From the human T2T-CHM13v2.0 reference genome, Homo sapiens: a stretch of DNA of 64,000 bases. The stretch lies in assembly GCF_009914755.1 (NCBI RefSeq), contig NC_060929.1. One strand, given 5' to 3'. A program made the position numbers and the translations under genes. The notes beneath the pieces were generated by a model. The model made no database searches. It had not been told where the DNA came from and saw only the letters and a program-made list of their open reading frames with translations. Shown here in pieces: positions 44,623 through 58,640 of the stretch (position 1 is the stretch's first letter; each line of letters begins with the position of its first letter).

Positions 44623-46840
44623 AAGGTCTGGAGAGAATTGCAGTTTGAGGACTGAGTTCTGGCGCCCCGCCCAGTCACTTCGAGGTGGGGAGATGCGGGG
44701 GTAACAAAAGGTGCAAGAAGGGGCAGTCGAACAGGAAGGAGGAAGCAAAGGCTGGGCGGAACCTGCAGCCTGGAAAAGAACATATGTATAGATATCAAAG
44801 AGCAGGGCTGGCGCTACCAGGCTCAGGAAGGCAGGCTTGGAATGGACAGTGATCTAAGTGCTGCAGAGAGTGCTCCAGAAAACGCTGATGATGAGGAGAG
44901 AAGGGGCCGCTGCAGGAGCCACGTCCTTACGAAGCAATGGGAGCCAGACGCAGGCCACAGTTGGGGGTTTAAGGCCTTGGAGAGGTTCACAGTGCCGGCA
45001 GGCAGGTGGGGGGTTGGTGGGGGACCTCTGCTGGGCCTCCATACCCTCCCTCTGTCCCCACCTCATCCTCTTGGGGAACCACTACTCACCCACAGGCCTC
45101 AGCTGATGTGGGTCCCTCAGGGGAAGTCCTCCCTCCCCTTCCCTGCCCACCCACATTCACTCCCCACCACGCCCCTCATCACGCTGCGGCTGCTGCCTGT
45201 GCCTCCTCCTTGACTTGGCCTCTCCCTTTGACCACTCCACTCAGGCTTTCGTGCTATTGAGCATCCACCTCACGCCTGGCTCTGTGCTTGGCGCTGGGCT
45301 GCAATGGGAGAGAAACAGCCATGCTCCCCGCCGTTGGTGGCCCATGTTCTATAACGGGGGGACAGCCAGTGCTCAGGTAAACAGGAAATATGTGATTTTG
45401 ATAAAGCAGCCGTGAAGAGAATGACGGGGTGCTGTGGTGGAGAATGAAGGAGGAGACCCCTGAGGTTACAAAGGAAGCCCTGTCTGAAGACTGAAGATGA
45501 AGATGCACAGATGAACAGACGTACACGCACACCTCCTCACTGTGGGCCCCCCGCCCCCGGGGAGATGCAACCACCTGGGCTGAAAAAATATATGTACCCC
45601 AGATGGTGACCAAGAAGGGATCGTGCTTATTCAAGCACCTGGAGTGACAACCCACGAGACAGCCCTGCCACCAAGCCCTCCCACCTCTTGGCAAACACGC
45701 CCAAGACTGCAGTCTGCTCCCCTTAGAATGGGCTGTGCTGGAGCCCCCAGCCAGCTCTGGGTGAACTTGTCCTTTGGGGTCAGACAGACCTGTGGTCAAG
45801 GATCCCGGCTACCGTGGTCACTGGTTGAATGACTCTGGGCAGTTTAGCTTCTCTGAGCCTCAGGTTCCTCATCTGTAGAATGGGGATAATAATACCTCAC
45901 AGGCTGTGAAACATGAACAAACTCTGCAGTAGAGACTGGACAAGCATCCTGGCCTGCCTCATCTCCCGTCAGTGCAAAGTTTCCATGACCTCATCAGCTG
46001 GCACCCACCTTACAAGTGCGCCTGTGGAAGGCACATGGAGGGCGTCCAAGAAATGGGCCTTCTCTGGTCAGGGGAGTGCCAGGGAGTCTTTGAAAGGCTC
46101 ACACCAGCCTTTCTTAGACCCGCGTTATGGCTGCCACGTACTAGGTTCTTACCCAGCCCTTTCCACATATTAGCTCCTTTAGTCCTCACAGTAGCCTGGA
46201 GGAAACTGAGGCACAGGAGGTTAAGTGACCTGGTCAAGGTCACGCAGCCAGGATTTTAACACAGGCAGCCTAGCACCAGGGCCCTGGCCCTCTGAGCTCA
46301 CTGCCTGTGGCTGCTTCTCCCAACATCTTGGTTACACATGTCATGACCAGCTGTGTCTGTGTGCCCCAGGTCACAGCCTAGGGCACCCTCTGCCCCATAC
46401 TCCTGGAGGGAGTAGAGACCGTCCCCCACCCCAGCCCAGCCACTTTCCCTTTGAGGAACCGCCCATCAAGAGGTGCTCAAAGAAGCCACCAGGGTCCATG
46501 TGCTGTGATGGCAAGGTCAGCAGCCAGCCCCCGCACCTCTCTCCCAGCATCAGGCTGAGACTTGTCCCATGGCCTCCTTATCCGACCCCCAGGAAGTTGA
46601 CCAGCAGCCAGATGTCAGAGTTTGCGTGTTTTGAGCAGCAGCGGCAGCCTCACCAGAGACCCCACAGTGACCTCGTTTCATCAGCCAGCCCCGCAGGAGG
46701 AGGACAGGATGGGGTGAGGGGTATGGGGCCTGGCTCCAGCTATATGTTTTTAAAATCCATCAGAGACACTGACGTAGGTTCCTAAGTCACAGGCTCTAAA
46801 AGCGTTGCTGTTTCTTTCTTCAGCCCAGCATGTGCTGGCA

Positions 46841-46953
46841 TGAGTCAGCCACCTGTGATGGATTTGGTGTGGAGGGGGAGTGGGTTCCTGAGTCACAGCC
46901 TCGCGCGGCCCGGCAGGGGTGGCAGGTGCTGAGGGGACAGCCTTCTTGACTCA
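46841..46953. promoter_or_regulatory. Cluster of three AP-1 heptamers (candidate intronic enhancer)
   Basis: TGAGTCA at 46841 and 46889, TGACTCA at 46947. Confidence 0.45.
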
Positions 46954-48539
46954 CTTCACTCCCGGAGCACGCGGCCCAGGCCCCAATCCCAGTTCTGAAC
47001 TCTGCCATGGCCCGATCTGCGGAAGGCCCTGTGTCACTGCGTAGAAAAACTCTGGGAGGACACACGCCTTATGGCTGTGGGTTTCTTACTCCCAGGGGTG
47101 GTCAGCAACAGGGTCTTTAGTCTGACTGGGTCTCATGACTGTTTTATCATGAAAATGTACCCAGGCATTATTTTTATCGGTGAAAATGAGGCATAAATGT
47201 TAAAACCCACAGTGGGCTTTTCCTCACGCCCTGCCTGTGAGTGTTCCCTCTTCCGGGAGGGCCCTTCTTGGTTGGCTCCGATGACAAACATGTTCACCCT
47301 ACAAACCCGATCTGAGGCCAGCTGCGGGCTGCTTTGTATGCATCACCTCAATGAATCCTCCCAGTAATCTTCTGGCTTTACGCCCATTTCGCTGATGGAG
47401 AAACTGAGGCATGGAGTGGTTACTGACCTCGCCTAAGGCTCCCCAGCTAGGAAGTGGGGCTGGGCTTGGGGCCAAGTGTAGAACTCAGAGCAACCGCTCT
47501 ACTATGGGTTATTGGGTCCCTGAAGCAGGCGATGCTGTCCCTCGAGGGAGATCTTGCCACGCCTTTGTTTCTGCTCCACTCCTGACCCAGCAAGTGTCCC
47601 TTCTCCACTGTAGCCTGCAGCTCGCTCCACTGCGAGTTTGCTGAGGCCGAGGCTACAGGCTGTCAGCTTGATGCCTCCCCTGTCAGCCACAGGCTCGGGC
47701 CCTGCTGAAGTAGGAATATTCCTGCAGGAAGTCCCCAACTTTGTGTTTGAAACAGACATGCTTACAAAATCAGACTTTGATGGGCTGCTGCACGATAAGC
47801 TATATTCCCTCCTCGGACAGAGCTCGCACAGTCTTCTTCATTGGGCTGGAATAAGGTAACCCCCGAGTTTTTCAGTGTGGCATCTGGGGACCTTTGATAA
47901 ACAGCCCCAACTCCTCCCTTGTGCCTCTTTGTTTCCTGCTGCTGCCAGCACCGCCACCTCCGTCTCATTTGGAGTTCAATAATACCAGACTCTTAGTTCT
48001 TAGACAGCCCACATGCTGGGAAGTTTCTGTCCTCTGCACCTGTTCATGCTGTTCCCTCTGCCCAGATGCCTTTCGCTCTCTTCCTGAGTAATGCAGACTC
48101 ATCTTCAGAGCCTTAACACAGGATGTCCTTCCCCCTGGGAAGCCCTCCCTGAATACAGCCTGCACCCTCAATTGAGCCGGGGGCCTTCCCTGTAACCCCC
48201 ATGGTCTGCAAATTCCTCTGGGCCAGGGTGGATCCCACAGAGTCTCATTGTCTGTTCCAAGTCTGTGTCACAGGGGCTTGGCCAAGGCCAGATTCTTGTC
48301 TGCTCATCTCCCCAGTTCCGGCATCTCCTGAAGGACTGGCGCCATGTGGCCATCAGCCCAGGCTGCGGAGGTAGATGGCATCCAGGCATCAGAGGAGGGA
48401 GCAGTGCGTCCAACAGACGTGAGCTGAGACTGCAGCTCTCGACATGTGACCTTAGCAAGTTTCTTCACTGCTCTGAGCCTCCATTTTCTTTTCTGTAAAA
48501 TGGGAATTATCAGATGACAAAGTCAAAGGATTCAGTGTT

Positions 48540-49300
48540 GTTTGTTTAGTCATTCATTCATTCAAAAAGTGTCTATTGAGCACCTGCTATGTGTCGGAGT
48601 CTGGGGAGCACAGCAGGGCGTGGACATGCTAATGGGAGGAGGCAGACGAGAACAGGATGGGTATGAGATGGCAGGTGATCCCAGAGGCTGTAGCAGGTAA
48701 GGGGATGGGGAATGGGGGCCAGGGTGCTCTTTTGCACAGGTGGACGTGGAGGGCCTCTCTGTTGGGCCCTGAGGGTCCGAGGGAGGGCCATGTGGAAGAG
48801 GGTCCCAGGAAGGGGTGCAGGCACAAAGGCCTAAAATGGGGCCACACTGGATGCTGTTCCCGGCACGGCAGGAGACCAGACAGGAAGCAGCAGAGGACAC
48901 AGCAGCAGGAGGCCAAGCGGTGGGGACACGATGCTTGGCCAGCGGCCAGATGTGGCCTGTGGGCCACCACGAGGACATGGACCTGGACTCTGAGAGAATA
49001 GAAGCCGTGGAGGGTTCTGGGCAGAGGAGTGATGAGATCTGATGTAGGGTTTAAAAAGATCTTAACAGTCATTATTGGGAAAAGGCCCAGGCTGTGGGGA
49101 ACATGGAAGCTGGGAGCCCAGGGAGGAGCCTGCCATTGTTGTCCATGAAGAGACGACCTTGGACCAGGGCAGCAGAGAAGAGGTCAGGCGCCAGGTGTGT
49201 TTGGAAGGTGGAGCTAACAGGGTTTCAGCTGATGGATGGGACGTCGGGAGTGAGAAAGGGGGGTTCCAGGATCATACCAAGGGTTCTAGTCTGAGCCTCT
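48540..49300. mobile_element. L2 LINE fragments (others near 8370, 18900, 33770, 50860 and 57420)
   Basis: L2 3' end signature cattcattcattca...tattgagcacctgctatgtg plus internal L2-like purine-rich stretches. Confidence 0.6.
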
Positions 49301-49446
49301 AGGAGGAGGAGGAGGAGGAGGGTTCCAGGATCATACCAAGGGTTCTAGTCTGAGCATCTGGGAGGAGGAGGAGGGTTCCAGGATCATACTAAGGGTTCTA
49401 GTCTAAGCATCTGGGAGGAGGAGGGGGAGGAGGGGGAGGAGGAGGG
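49261..49446 (+). repeat. Minisatellite: three 40-bp cores separated by variable (GGA)n tracts
   Basis: GGGTTCCAGGATCATAC(C/T)AAGGGTTCTAGTCT(G/A)AGC(C/A)TCT at about 49261, 49320 and 49373. Confidence 0.93.
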
Positions 49447-50060
49447 ACTTCGTGCTGAAACAAGGAGAAGCTGCAGTGGCTCCTGCCACATGGTTGTCAC
49501 CAGCATCCTTTGTTCTGTAAATACTCATCCAGCACCTCTTGCTGGCTTGGCTCTGCGAGGGCTTGAGACCCAGGGAAGAGATGAGGCTACCACAGTCTGT
49601 CCATCAGGGATCCCCCGTCTAGGGCACTGGGGCAAACTTGGGTAGGAAATGATAGGGGTTTGGAGTCTGAGGAATCCCCATTAGTCTGCAGGCTCAAAGG
49701 TCATCCCCCAGCTGACTGTGGGGTCAGCCGCCCAGAATCCACAGAGCTGGAGGGGGAGCAGCTGCCATGAGTCCTGGCTTTGTGCCCGTCGCCCAGATGG
49801 GCACTTCACATGCACCCTCTCACCAGATAGTCCTGGCAGCCCCCTCGGAAGCTATGGTAGTGCCCCCATTCTGCAGATGAGGAGCCTGAGGCCCAGAGAG
49901 ATGGGGTGACTCCTTTGCACAGTTGAAAATGATACAAGCAGGATCCAAACCCAGATCTGCCTGATTCCAGTGTCCTCCCTGGATCACACAGGGTGAGGCC
50001 CCAATGTTCCGCCCCCTGGAGAAGTCAACCAAACTCCTGAAACTCACATTTCTCCCCCAG

Positions 50061-50165
50061 GTCCCCGGCAACTTCCACGTGTCCACACACAGTGCCACAG
50101 CCCAGCCACAGAACCCAGACATGACGCATGTCATCCACAAGCTCTCCTTTGGGGACACGCTACAG
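50061..50165 (+). CDS. ERGIC1: ERGIC1 coding exon 6 (105 nt): VPGNFHVSTHSATAQPQNPDMTHVIHKLSFGDTLQ
   Basis: tctcccccag acceptor; CAG|GTGAGC donor. Conserved GNFH and H-I--LSFG motifs of the Erv41/Erv46 family. Confidence 0.97.
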
Positions 50166-51011
50166 GTGAGCAGGGGACACTCGAGATGGCATGGCCGGGG
50201 GTGGGCCTTCAGGGGCTCTGTCACCCAGTGCCCTCTGCCCTCTCTGGGCACTAGGAAGAGTTACCGTTAAGGTGACATCTAAGCCAAGCCTGGAAGGGTA
50301 AGAAGGGTTTCACCAGGAACAGAACAGGGAAATGGGTCCTAGGCAGGGGGCGTCTCAAACATCACCTCTCTCCTAGAGCGCCCAGCTGGTGGTTTTCATG
50401 TGAAAGACCCTCAAGGTTACTTTCAGAAAAATGGATCAGTAAGCGTATGTGACACGGCATGTTCTGTGCCGAGATGGTCCAGGGCACAAGGGCTCGCTTG
50501 GCAGCTGAGAGGGCCCAGAGCACTTGCCTGAAATGGGAGCCGGCAGGTGGGGTGTGTGGGGTGCGAGAGACCCGTGGTAGACTGAGGAAGGTGGAGACTG
50601 AAGGTCTGGTTGGTGACTCAGAGCACCCATCTGCAATGAGGAAGATGGACCCAGGAGGCAAGACTATAGGCAGGGAGGTGAGGGAAGGGCCCAGACCGAG
50701 GCAGGTGGAGGGGAGAGGAGCAGCGGTCTCGCATTGCCACGTGCAGGGGCAAAACAGAAGGACACAGAAACTACAGTCCCAAGTTTAGTCATTAGTGGGG
50801 TGGAAATCTGATTTTTTTAAAAAAATGTACAGAACTTAGCTTAGGGCCCATCCATCCATTCATTTTCTGTCCATCCATCTATTCAACAAATATTTACAAA
50901 GTACCTACCGTGTCCAGGCCTTGCATACCTTGGTGAGGACAAACATGGTCCCTGCCCACCTGGAGCTTCCAGTCTAGGGGGGAAGACAGATGTTGATCAA
51001 ATAATGGTACA

Positions 51012-51352
<341 letters not shown>

Positions 51353-52564
51353 TCACATGACAATGGAAGAGAACATTCTAGCCTTCTTGTCTCTGTAACC
51401 ACCGTTCTCATGGGTTAGAAACGAAGCCTTCACACGGTCAGTCTCAAGACAGCAAATAGACAAACTTCCTTTTCCTTGTTGAGAAATTGCAGTTCCTTCC
51501 AGTTGTTGAGGAATTGCTTGTTGAGAACATGCAGGTGTGTTAAGTGCTCAGTAAACATCAGCCGCCTGAGACCAGGATCAGGGATTATGCCACCCCGCTG
51601 CTGCCCACTGCTCCTGGAGTGGCCACAGAATCATGTCCCCACCTACCTCTCCGATGTCTCCTCCTTCCTTCTATTCAAACACCTCACTCTCCTTCCTCCT
51701 GGGGGCCACGTGGGCCTGTCTCCATACTTAAGCCTTTGTACATGCTGCTTGCCAGTTTAACTTCCCACTTTCCTCCAGATCTTGGTGTCAATGTCATTTC
51801 CTCCAGGAAGGCCTCCAGGGTGTCTAGCTCGATAACCCCTGTTAACCATGCCCATGGTAGCATGCTCCATTTACCAGGTATGCCTTGTCCTTCTTTAGAT
51901 GTTCCTTGAGGCCAACCTGGTTTCCCATTGTCCTCAGAGAAAAGGTGAGATGTGGTTTTCAGCCCCACTCTACAGCAGCCCACCCCACTGCCCGGAGGAG
52001 GGTTTTCTTCACATCTGCTATACGTTCTCTGCAGCAGACATGATGGGGGGCCCACAGCTCTGGGGCATCCCTGCCTGGACTCCTCTATGGGCCTTTCAGA
52101 GGACCCTGGGATCTCAGGAGAAACTTTCTGGGACCCAGAATCCATGTTCACTTGAATTTTCTGTGTGACTTCATGGAAAGAGTCCAGCTTAGTGTCAGAC
52201 AGACCTGATTTCAGAGTTTAGCTTAGCCACTTACCAGCCGGGCAAGTTTTGGTGTCTTTCCAAGCCTTGATTTGCTCTTCTGTAAAATGGGCCCAATAAT
52301 ACATCATTAGGGGCATGAAATGAAATTATATGAAGGGGCCAGGATGGAGCAGCACATAGTAGGGGCTAGAGATGGGAAACAAGCTTGTGCCTACTGTGTG
52401 CCAGGCCCCTGCTGCCTCTTGCTCCCCACAAATCCGCTGGAGCCCCCTTTTACACATTGGTAGGGTTCCTAGACCAGGTGGTACCTGGCCATCCCCCACA
52501 ACCAGGGCCAGGCCTGGAGGTGGAGGTGTCCTGGGGACCATCCCCTCACTGCATTTTTCCACAG

Positions 52565-52625
52565 GTCCAGAACATCCACGGAGCTTTCAATGCTCTCGGG
52601 GGAGCAGACAGACTCACCTCCAACC
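52565..52625 (+). CDS. ERGIC1: ERGIC1 coding exon 7 (61 nt): VQNIHGAFNALGGADRLTSN(P)
   Basis: tttttccacag acceptor; C|GTATGT donor at 52626; frame continuous with exons 6 and 8. Confidence 0.96.
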
Positions 52626-53557
52626 GTATGTATCCCTGCTGGGAACAGCCTTCTGCTCCAAGATGCCCAGTACAGCAGGCAGGGAGGGGGAGGGCAGAGA
52701 GGTGGGGGTGCCTGTCCAGCACCCACTCCAAGGCAGGGAGGCTGCTGCTCACACTCCATTCCCACAGCTAACCAGTGGGAAGGTGGACCCAGCCCCGTCC
52801 AGACCCAGACCCTGACGGAGAAGGAAGAAGGCTTGTCCCGGGGCACAGCAGACGCACGCACGCAGTGGATACCAGCTATTACCATTATTGTTGCTCTCAT
52901 CACAGCCACATCATCATCCTTAGTGGAACTAATTACCTAAGATCCCACAGGGAGCTATGGCAGAACCAGGATCTGTTCTGCCTCCAGGTCGCACCGTGAG
53001 AACAGGTCTGTGGGTGGCCCAGTCAGCTGTGACCACATGGCTGCCTCCCCCACACCTCACTCTCCTCCTGCTCAGACTCCTCCCATCGACAGTGGCTCCT
53101 CCTAGAGTCCTCGCCCTCCTTAGCTCCCTGGCACCTTGGCCCAGATCAAAGAGAACCGCACATCTCCACACGCAGACAGGAGAGCACGCATACCTTTCGT
53201 GCACACCAACACACATGAGCTCACATGGCCCCAGACACGTGCACAGAATGGGCCCGGGAGGCCTGTGTGCTCAAGCAGACCCGCAGACCCACTGCTGCAC
53301 AGGGTACCTGGATTTTTCTTATTTCCTCACCTGAGCTCACCTTTTAACCCACATCTTTTCTTATTATTTCCTGAAATGCGTTTGCTCTCCCATTGTCAGG
53401 GATCCAAGGCAAAGAAAACATCCCTCTGTGACCTGCCCCCCCGACAAATCGAACCTCATTTTTCTGTGTCCCTGTGAGTCCTTGTCCATAAGCAGAACTC
53501 ACTTTTCTTTTTTTCCAAGGCATGGATTGCAGTTTACCGTCTGCTTTTTGTACTTGA

Positions 53558-53886
<329 letters not shown>

Positions 53887-55185
53887 TCTGCTCTGCTTTT
53901 CTAAGTCATTGTCTTCTCACCGAAAGTGTCTGTCATTTCCTGTGTTTCACTGTGGCAATAATGCCTCTGATATGTACAGGGTTGGCGCTCTGTTACCCGA
54001 TTGCTTTCCAGCTGTGTCTGGTTCCCATTCATGCTGCCTCCAGCAACGGATAAGTATACGGCAGCACCTCCTTATTTGAGTGCAAATGTCCGGTTGTAAT
54101 AGAGGTAGATGATTCTTGGTGTGGTGCCGTGGTCATTGTCGTTTTGTGTCATGGTAACATGTCATCCGACGTCGGCCGTCCACAAATGTCTGCAGCTACG
54201 ATGGACCCTCAGCTGCTGGACAGGAAAGAGGATCAAGCTAAGAAGGCCCAGAGTGTGCAAGCAGAGAGAGGGTGTGGACAGAAAACCTTGCCTTCTCCAG
54301 GGCTAGTGGCGAAAGCTATCTCAGGCTGGCTCAAGTGGAGAGAAAAAAGCATGAGATCAAGCAATGGACAGCTGGGGAAGGGCTGGCTTTTATTTCCTCA
54401 GCTCCCAAGCTCAGTCCCTGGCACTGGGCCGTTGCCTTTGTAGGTCCCTCTGTGCCCAGGTCTTGCTATGGGGGTTGTTTCTTGGCATTAAGGTCTCAGT
54501 TCAAACGCCACCGTCTCCAAGAAGCCCTCACTGGTCACCCTATCTAAAGTAACCCTCACTCCTAAGGACAAACCTGTTTTTTCTTCCTAGCATAGACCAC
54601 TCTCTGAAATCACCTTGTTCTCCCAGTCATCTGCTGCCCTTGGCTGTTGCGCCAGCTATAACATGGCACTCTGCCTTGCCCACTGCTTTGTCCCCAGGAC
54701 CCAGCCCTGTACCCAGGGTATGGTAGGTATAAGAGGCCTGGAGGCCACTATGGAAGAGCTCCTGCCAGATGGTGGTGGAGTGCGGTCATGAGGACCTCGG
54801 CCTCCAGTGTCCCCCTCCACTCTTTCCCAGCCCTGTGGTCTTGGGAAAGTCATTTAACTCTGCTAAGCCTCAGTTTCTGCATCTGTAAAGTGGGAAGAAT
54901 CCTCTCCACCTTAAGCCTTGCTATGAGGATTAATGAGATGCGTGTACAGAGTTTAGTACACGGCCTGCCACATTGTGAGTGCTCAATAAATGTTGGCCGT
55001 TCTCTTCATTATCGTCAGCAGCTAACTTCAGGAACGAGATCCCCTAGGGCAGAATCTAAGGAGAAACTTTCCTATATCAAATTGTATCTTGTATTGTGGT
55101 ACTGAATTGTTTAACTGGTCCTGAATGATATAACTGGAATGAAACCAGCTTGTCATGTATATGTATACACATAATATGGGCTGTC

Positions 55186-55219
<34 letters not shown>

Positions 55220-55952
55220 ATATAAGTATACACACACATACATATATATGGGCTGCTGGTTTTAAGAATGCAGATTCTGGGCCCCACTCCAGTGGCGGGA
55301 TAGGGATGAAACAAGATTGGCCATACGCTGGTAATTGCTGAAGTTGGGAAATGGGTACGTGGGAGTCCATTATACAATTCCCTATGTTTTAGGTTTGAAT
55401 TTTTCTGTAAGAAGATTTTGCGGGTAGGGGAGGAGGAGTGAGCTTGAAGGGAATGTGGGCTGGCCTAGACCAGGTTGGAGCCAGCAGTCTCTAGGAATGG
55501 TCAGCTCACAAGGAATCCACATGGGTGTAATTAACTGCAGTGTCTCCAGTGGGCATTTGGCAAATTGTATCAAAGGCCTTAAAAATGGTCATTGCCTTTG
55601 AGTCATCAATTGTACTCATAGGAGAGTAAGCTAAGGAAATAATTAAGAGAGTGTACAAAAATCTAGGAAAATAATGTTCATTAGGTCATTGTTTATAAAA
55701 TTGAAAATGAGGAACCACGTCAGTGTCCAGCCATAGGGGGTTGACTGAGCATGGTAACTGCCCAAGATGAGCGAGGTGTGTCAGGACCTTACTGGCAGTC
55801 AGGCAGCAAAGATTTATTGAGCACCTACTATATGCTGGGCATTGGGCTAGGTTCTGGGGATAGAGAGATGAATAAAACAAACTCTGCAGAGCTTATGTTC
55901 TGTGTCTTAGACCTGAAAAGTTGATCATGATGTTCAGTTCTTAGAAAAAGAT

Positions 55953-56251
55953 GGCTGGGCGCGGTGGCTAACGCCTGTAATCCCAGCACTTTGGGAGGCC
56001 GAGTCGGGTGGATCACGAGGTCAGGAGTTCAAGACCAGCCTGGCCAAGATGGTGAAACCCCCATCTCTACTAAAAATACAAAAAATTAGCCAGGCGTGGT
56101 GGCAGGCGCCTGTAGTCCCAGCTACTCAGGAGGCTGAGGAAGGAGAATCACTTGAACCCAGAGGGTGGAGGTTGCAGTGAGCCGAGATCGTGCCACTGCA
56201 CTCCAGCCTGGGTGACAGAGTGAAACTCCGTTTCAAAAAAAAAAAAAAAAA
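55953..56251 (+). mobile_element. Alu (AluSg/Sc-like)
   Basis: Consensus with ggatcacgaggtcaggag; poly-A tail. Confidence 0.95.
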
Positions 56252-56404
56252 GATACGGTATGGTCCTATTTTAGGAAAATACAAATATATGTATAAACAT
56301 GTCTGGCAGTTTATATGTGAGACTGTGAACCATAGTTTTCTGAGGATGGTGAATTTATGGTGATTTTTTGTTTTGTCCTTGGTGATCACCTGTGTTTTGT
56401 ACAA

Positions 56405-56690
56405 TTTTTTTTTTTTGAGATGGAGTCTCGCTCTGTTGCCCAGGCTGGAGTGCAGTGGCAGCTCACTGCAACCTCCACCTCCCGGGTTCAAGCGATTCTC
56501 CTGCCTCAGCCTCCCTAGTAGCCGGGACTACAGGTGTGTGCCACCAGGCTTGGCTAATTTTTGTATTTTTAGTAGAGATGGGGTTTCACCATGTTGGCCA
56601 GGTTGGTCTTGAACTCCTCACCTCAAGTGATCCTCCCACCTCGGCCTCCCTAAGTGCTGGGATTACAGGCGTGAGCCACCACATCCGGCC
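56405..56690 (-). mobile_element. Alu (AluS-like) with TSD TTGTACAA
   Basis: Antisense consensus; duplicated flank. Confidence 0.95.
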
Positions 56691-57858
56691 TTGTACAAAT
56701 TTTAACAAGAAATATTACAGGGGTGATTTTGATAAGGCATTCACTTTTTCATTCCTTCAAGTTTTTAACCTAGGGCAATGGGCGTTTGGACACCACTATC
56801 AAGCGTGGTCTTGGGCTCTTGTTTTAAAAATGCAAATTATGAGCTCCACCCTTGACCCATTTGGCGGGATGCTCCTGGAAAGAGGTCCAGGTGTCTTTTT
56901 ATTCCAAATGATTCGACTGCTTCTGACATCTGAGAACCATTACAGGGTTGAACAGAGGGATGTTGGAGTCTTCATGGACTGGGCTCTGCGGCTGCAGGAC
57001 TTTTCTCGGGTTTTCAGAGGAACCTACTCAAAACAATTCAAGAAGCACTTCCTTTGCTTACTGAGATATGGCTTTGGCAGGAAGGGGCAGGGAGGGAGTG
57101 TCAGGGCAGTGAATGCTGTCTGCATTCCCAGCCTTCTTACAGAAGAGGACTGACTCGACTCTGCGACCAGGCTTAGAACCCACAGGCCTAAATTTCTGTG
57201 TTATTTTAGCTCTGTAGTCCGTGACCCGAGATTGTGGAAGGCCCATGAGCTTCCTGTAAGCATCCCAGAAGGCCCAGGAGAGTTCATACCTTTCCTGAGT
57301 GATATTTGGCAGCTCTGGGCCAGCATTCTATCAGCCCAGCATTGGACTCCAGTTACCTCACGCTTATCAGCAGCTGATTCATCTGTGCTTTCATTCATGC
57401 CCCTGTCCAGTCATCCTTCCATCCGTTCATTCATTCAGTAAGCATTTGCCACGGTCCACTTGGTACCAGGCCCTGCACGGGGCTCTGGGGACACAGAGTT
57501 GAGTAAGGCTCCATCCCTGCCTTCAGCAGCTCCCCCATCCAGGAAGAACTGATCTGCCGTTGATTTCTTTCCCCATTCTCAGTTCATCAGTGCTTCATTG
57601 GTGCAGTTTTTCTGGTTGATAGGCTCTTTTCTTTTTAATACTGAAACCTAGTTTGTTTTAAAAGTAAAACTATTCAGACAATGTCAGAGGATGTACAATG
57701 AAATGGGATCTTTCTCAAATCCTGCCTTCCTCCCCAGAAGCTAAAGCTGCCCGTGGTTCCTTGGGCATCTTTCCAGATAATTCTCCTATATATTTACATG
57801 GATACAGAGTGTCTCCTCCTCCCCCAATCCATGGACACATGTGTATCCTGTCCCATGA

Positions 57859-58209
<351 letters not shown>

Positions 58210-58486
58210 AACACTCACTCTTTCATGGTTGCTCTATTGATGGACATTTGGGTTGTTTCCAGAATTTTAATGATGTGCACAGTGCAGGAGGAAAGATCCT
58301 GATGGATAGAGTCTCCCAATTCCCGGTATCCAAGGGGAGAAGATGAAGAGCAGTTGGTTGGTGGTAAAACTGGGGAATGAGCCCCCTGCCGTGCCCAGGG
58401 AATTTAGGCTTAGGATTGAAATGACATAGAGCTGTCAGCGGGCAGTGCCCGTCCCCCTGCTTCATTCTGCTGTGTCCTTCCCGCAG

Positions 58487-58587
58487 CCCTGGCCTCCCAC
58501 GACTACATCCTGAAGATTGTGCCCACGGTTTATGAGGACAAGAGTGGCAAGCAGCGGTACTCCTACCAGTACACGGTGGCCAACAAG
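58487..58587 (+). CDS. ERGIC1: ERGIC1 coding exon 8 (101 nt): PLASHDYILKIVPTVYEDKSGKQRYSYQYTVANK
   Basis: ccttcccgcag acceptor; AAG|GTGCGC donor. Family motif Y-LKIVPT-Y...QY. Confidence 0.97.
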
Positions 58588-58621
58588 GTGCGCGGGCGGT
58601 GGCTGGGCCGAGCTGTGTGCG

Positions 58622-58640
58622 GCGGCGCCCTCTGCTGACG
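58622..58640 (-). promoter_or_regulatory. CTCF-like motif TCAGCAGAGGGCGCCGC
   Basis: Close match to the CCAGCAGAGGGCGC core consensus in a CpG-retaining patch. Motif only; no binding data. Confidence 0.5.

Noticed and set aside
49261-49446. Repeat-spacer-like arrays (also 2259-2336 and 30004-30072) as CRISPR
   Set aside because: Spacers are absent or simple GGA tracts, there are no cas genes, and the context is a mammalian intron.
56455-57153. Longest ORF in the track (232 aa), and similar ORFs such as 19345..19944, 39922..40491 and 246..632
   Set aside because: They start in or consist of Alu sequence ([18 protein letters not shown]..., LELLTS...). These are standard Alu translation artefacts with no exon support.
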